Part shown: piece after piece, positions 60,932-64,000 of the stretch | How the letters are laid out: each line of letters opens with the position of its first letter | How positions within the stretch are numbered: position 1 is the stretch's first letter | Source of the DNA: Candidatus Kuenenia stuttgartensis | GTDB taxonomy: Bacteria; Planctomycetota; UBA11346 | NCBI GenBank assembly: GCA_945876185.1 | Contig: CAMCMZ010000011.1 | Span: 3,275 to 67,274 of the forward strand | Reading direction: 5' to 3' | DNA length: 64,000 nt | Notes under the pieces: generated by a model | Told to the model about the DNA's origin: nothing | Seen by the model: the letters and a program-made list of their open reading frames with translations, nothing else | Database searches by the model: none | Program-made: the position numbers and the translations under genes

Positions 60932-63070
60932 ATGCCTCGCCTCCCCGCATCGCGCCTCGTACTGCTCGGTCTTGCCACCCTCACCGCGGTCATCGCGGGT
61001 GAACCCGACCTGCGCCAGCAGGCGCGCAAGACTTACGGCGATTGCGCCAAGGCCGGCGACCTGTGGTCGCAGTTCCGCCTGGAAAGCTGGGGCCGCAAGC
61101 AGACTCCGGCGGTACCATTTGGCCCGGCCTTGAGCGAATGCGAAATCACCGGCGAGGCGCTGTTCGCCTTTCCGGCCTGGATCAACCGGCACTGGGACCT
61201 GGGTTCGAGCCTGGTCGTGGCAGCGCAGCGGCGCATCCACATTCTGGCCCCGGACGGCCGGGTGTTGTTCCCGTCGGTCAACCTGCGCCTCGGCACCGAC
61301 CACGTGGGCCTGTCCAGCGACGGCAAATTTGTTTCCTGCGCCGACAACCGTGGCGGCGCGCTCAACCTGGGCGTGGTCGCGATTCCGGGCGGAACGGAAC
61401 GCTTCACCGCCACCTTTGAGGAATCGCTGGGCTGGTGGAGCGGAGCGTCGGTGGTGGCCGACGACGGCAGCGCCGCCGCCTGCGAGATCTACTGGAACCG
61501 CGAACTCAATGCCCCGCCCCGGTCCCGGATTGGCATCGCCGTGCGCGCAGACGCGTTCACTGAACAACCGCGCCTGCTTGAGAATTTCCACCGGGTGCTC
61601 GCGATCGGCCCCGACGCCCGCTGGCTCGCCGCGATGCCCAACGGGCAGAACCGCCCGACCCTGGTCGTAGCGGGCCAGGCCGGACCGAGCCTGTTCCACC
61701 TCGCCACCGGCGCCGGCTTGGGGGCCTGCATCACCGATGACAAACAACCGGTGGTGAAACTCATCCAGGGCGATGGATCGCTGAGTGACCTCAACGTCCC
61801 GATGGGCCTGGGCAGCAACGATCCCAAGGTGATGACCCTCGGCGCGTGGCTGGTGGTGGGATCGGGCTGGAATGGGCTGACCCGCGAATCGCGCGACGCG
61901 ATCGACAACCTTATCCCCGGCGGCCAGCCGCAGCCGTACACCATCGCCTGCTGGCGCTGGGCCGATCTGGCAGCCAATCCGAAAGCCGCGCCGGTGCGCG
62001 TCCTCGCGACCCCCCTGTCGCGGGCCGATGCGGAATGCGCGGCGATCTACCGATGGAACGGTCCGGTGGTGAAACTGCTCGATTTCAGCGGCAAGGAGTT
62101 GGCAGAGCGTCCGCTCGTGACCGCGCCGTTCGACGTTGAGCACGTCGACGAGCAGCACCACCGCACCCGGATCCGCATGCGTGGCGGTGAATGGCTGATC
62201 ACCGATCGCGACGCGAACGAGATCTGGCGCGGCCCATCGGCGTGGTTCGACGTCCAGGACCGCACCTGGGGCGTGGCCCACCTCGGCCCCGACGCCACGC
62301 GCACCTGCAAAGTGGTGCGGCTCGACCGCGATCCCGCCAAACGGAAGACCATCGACCTGGAGCTGGAACCAGGTCGCACCAACCTCGACCTCGATCGCCT
62401 CGGGCGCCGGTTCCTTGCCACCCGCAACGGCGAATGGATCGAGCTTTCCCCCACCGGCAAACGGATCCGCAGCGCCCCGGACGACCGGGACAATCCCCGT
62501 CCCGCCGTCTGGCGCCTCTGGGGCCAACCGTCGCGCTGGTACCAGCTCGACGCCCGGCTGGTGGACAAGCAGTTGGGAGAGGAAGGCCAGCCGCGCGCAG
62601 CCAGCCTCTGCCCGATCGATGCCTGGCGCTTCGAAGGCAATCTCATCACCGTCGAACCCCATGGCAGAGTCCTGGCCGGCAGCACGCGCCGGCCACCTGC
62701 CGGCAAGAAACCCGGCGAAATGATGGAAATCGGCCGCCAGAATGGGGCCGACCGCTTCAGCCTGCTCGGTCGCTTCGATGTCGGGGTCGCGGAATCCGGC
62801 AACCGCATCCTGGCCCTGCTCGCCACCGGACCGGTGCTGAAACCGCAGACGAAGTCCGACCAGGGCAAAGATCCCATCGGCGTCGGCTGGCGGCTCGACA
62901 ACGGCAATTTCTGCCGCTCGGGCCAGCCGCCGCTGCGCTGGGACGAAGCCCGCACCGGCTTCCGACCCGCGCGATTGCGCAGCCCCGACCAAGGCGGTTT
63001 GCTGGTGATCACCCCGTCGCTGATCATCGACCTTGATCCCGGCATGGCGAGAACCGTGGGAAAACGCTGA
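60932..63070 (+). CDS. Hypothetical secreted protein (712 aa), beta-rich orphan
   Basis: ATG 60932 gives a signal peptide (MPRLPASRLVLLGLATLTAVIAG). It is a long uninterrupted ORF with codon usage like its neighbours. I recognise no motif. Confidence 0.6.
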   Translation: MPRLPASRLVLLGLATLTAVIAGEPDLRQQARKTYGDCAKAGDLWSQFRLESWGRKQTPAVPFGPALSECEITGEALFAFPAWINRHWDLGSSLVVAAQRRIHILAPDGRVLFPSVNLRLGTDHVGLSSDGKFVSCADNRGGALNLGVVAIPGGTERFTATFEESLGWWSGASVVADDGSAAACEIYWNRELNAPPRSRIGIAVRADAFTEQPRLLENFHRVLAIGPDARWLAAMPNGQNRPTLVVAGQAGPSLFHLATGAGLGACITDDKQPVVKLIQGDGSLSDLNVPMGLGSNDPKVMTLGAWLVVGSGWNGLTRESRDAIDNLIPGGQPQPYTIACWRWADLAANPKAAPVRVLATPLSRADAECAAIYRWNGPVVKLLDFSGKELAERPLVTAPFDVEHVDEQHHRTRIRMRGGEWLITDRDANEIWRGPSAWFDVQDRTWGVAHLGPDATRTCKVVRLDRDPAKRKTIDLELEPGRTNLDLDRLGRRFLATRNGEWIELSPTGKRIRSAPDDRDNPRPAVWRLWGQPSRWYQLDARLVDKQLGEEGQPRAASLCPIDAWRFEGNLITVEPHGRVLAGSTRRPPAGKKPGEMMEIGRQNGADRFSLLGRFDVGVAESGNRILALLATGPVLKPQTKSDQGKDPIGVGWRLDNGNFCRSGQPPLRWDEARTGFRPARLRSPDQGGLLVITPSLIIDLDPGMARTVGKR

Positions 63071-63090
63071 GCGTTCAGATAGATCACCCG

Positions 63091-63684
63091 ATGGACCATC
63101 CCCTGCGCCACGCCACCAAAGCCGTCCGTCGCGCCGCGGTCGGAACCCTGCCCGCCGATCTGCGCACCGCCGTCTTCCGTCCGATCGGCGTGGTGCGCTC
63201 GCCCTTCACCTGGCGCGAAGAGGCCCCGCGTCAACCGGACTTGGCCACCAGCGACGGCGAGATCCGGCTCCTCGCCGGGCACCACAACTGCCTCAAGGAC
63301 CTCGCCGGCTTCGATCGCATCTGGGTGCTCGCCTGGTTCCACCGCTCGCACGGCTGGAAGCCGCAGATCGTGCCCCCGCGCGACCGGGTGAAACGCGGCG
63401 TCCTCGCCACCCGCGCCCCCGACCGCCCCAACCCGATTGGCCTTTCGTGCGTCCGCCTGGTCGCCGTCTACGGCGGTTCGATCCTCATCCGCGACCACGA
63501 CCTGCTCGACGGCACCCCTGTGCTGGACATCAAACCGTACATCCCTGCCTACGACGCCCACCCGGATGCAAACGCCGGTTGGGTTGGCGCGCTGGCTGCG
63601 CCTGGTCCCGACCATCGTCTGCCCGAGGGCGGCTGGCTGCCAGGGCGCGGGCCGGCGCCGCGTTCGGAAAAGCCTGAAGCCTGA
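63091..63684 (+). CDS. trmO: tRNA (t6A37-N6)-methyltransferase TrmO/TsaA family
   Basis: RPIGVVRSPF, DRIWVLAWFH, TRAPDRPNPIGLSCVRL and LLDGTPVLDIKPYIPAYD are typical of the TsaA/YaeB family. Confidence 0.8.
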   Translation: MDHPLRHATKAVRRAAVGTLPADLRTAVFRPIGVVRSPFTWREEAPRQPDLATSDGEIRLLAGHHNCLKDLAGFDRIWVLAWFHRSHGWKPQIVPPRDRVKRGVLATRAPDRPNPIGLSCVRLVAVYGGSILIRDHDLLDGTPVLDIKPYIPAYDAHPDANAGWVGALAAPGPDHRLPEGGWLPGRGPAPRSEKPEA

Positions 63685-63861
<177 letters not shown>

Positions 63862-64000
63862 CTACCGCCGAGGCGGGGTCACGCCATTCGCCGCAGCGGT
63901 CTACCTGGGGTCTGGATGCCAACCGGGTCAGGTCCGGCGGTTGCTGGCTCGGTGCGTGGGAATGGGTCTGCATCATGCGGCTGCGCGGAGCGCTGGTGAC

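Noticed and set aside
61195-61225. A tRNA-like T-loop motif GGTTCGAGCC, and similarly GGATTCGAAC near 217-226.
   Set aside because: The flanking bases do not form a T-stem or any cloverleaf, and both lie inside well-supported coding frames. I found no tRNA, rRNA, tmRNA or SRP RNA signature in the window.

Overview
This is a 64-kb high-GC chromosomal segment (most lines look ~65-70% GC by eye), densely coding on both strands. I call about 46 CDS and recognise no rRNA, tRNA, CRISPR array, integrase or transposase. The protein families suggest a PVC-superphylum, Planctomycetota-like bacterium, which is inference only: a DUF1559-type prepilin-like protein, a short planctomycete-style RpoZ, a prenyltransferase/squalene-oxidase-repeat protein, giant multidomain membrane proteins and many orphan secreted proteins. 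Housekeeping genes are alaA, rplM, rpoZ, trpS, trpF, acnB, rsmB, holA, hemW, ldcA, serC, recJ, fur, mdh and trmO, plus an assimilatory sulfate cluster (cysH-cysD-cysN, a cbiX/cobA fusion and a Cys/Met PLP enzyme). Sensory and accessory content includes two chemoreceptors, one paired with an orphan solute-binding protein and one an MCP-CZB-hemerythrin fusion. It also includes an FHA-GAF-cyclase / Ser-Thr kinase / phosphoesterase island, a PRMT-like methyltransferase next to an HTH protein with a histone-H1-like tail, and two tandem paralogous giant DUF4388-TM-PEGA-beta-propeller proteins. The signal least explained by gene annotation is a family of ~100-nt palindromic repeat elements, here called PRE (8 copies or relics). 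Seven of the eight sit 3-9 nt behind stop codons in a fixed polarity, the stems show compensatory changes, and one copy is inserted in frame into a prepilin leader peptide. Two ~1-kb low-GC genes (2300-3298 and 31160-~31950, roughly 35-48% GC in hand-counted lines) look horizontally acquired. All family assignments come from motif recognition by eye, and no database search was run.
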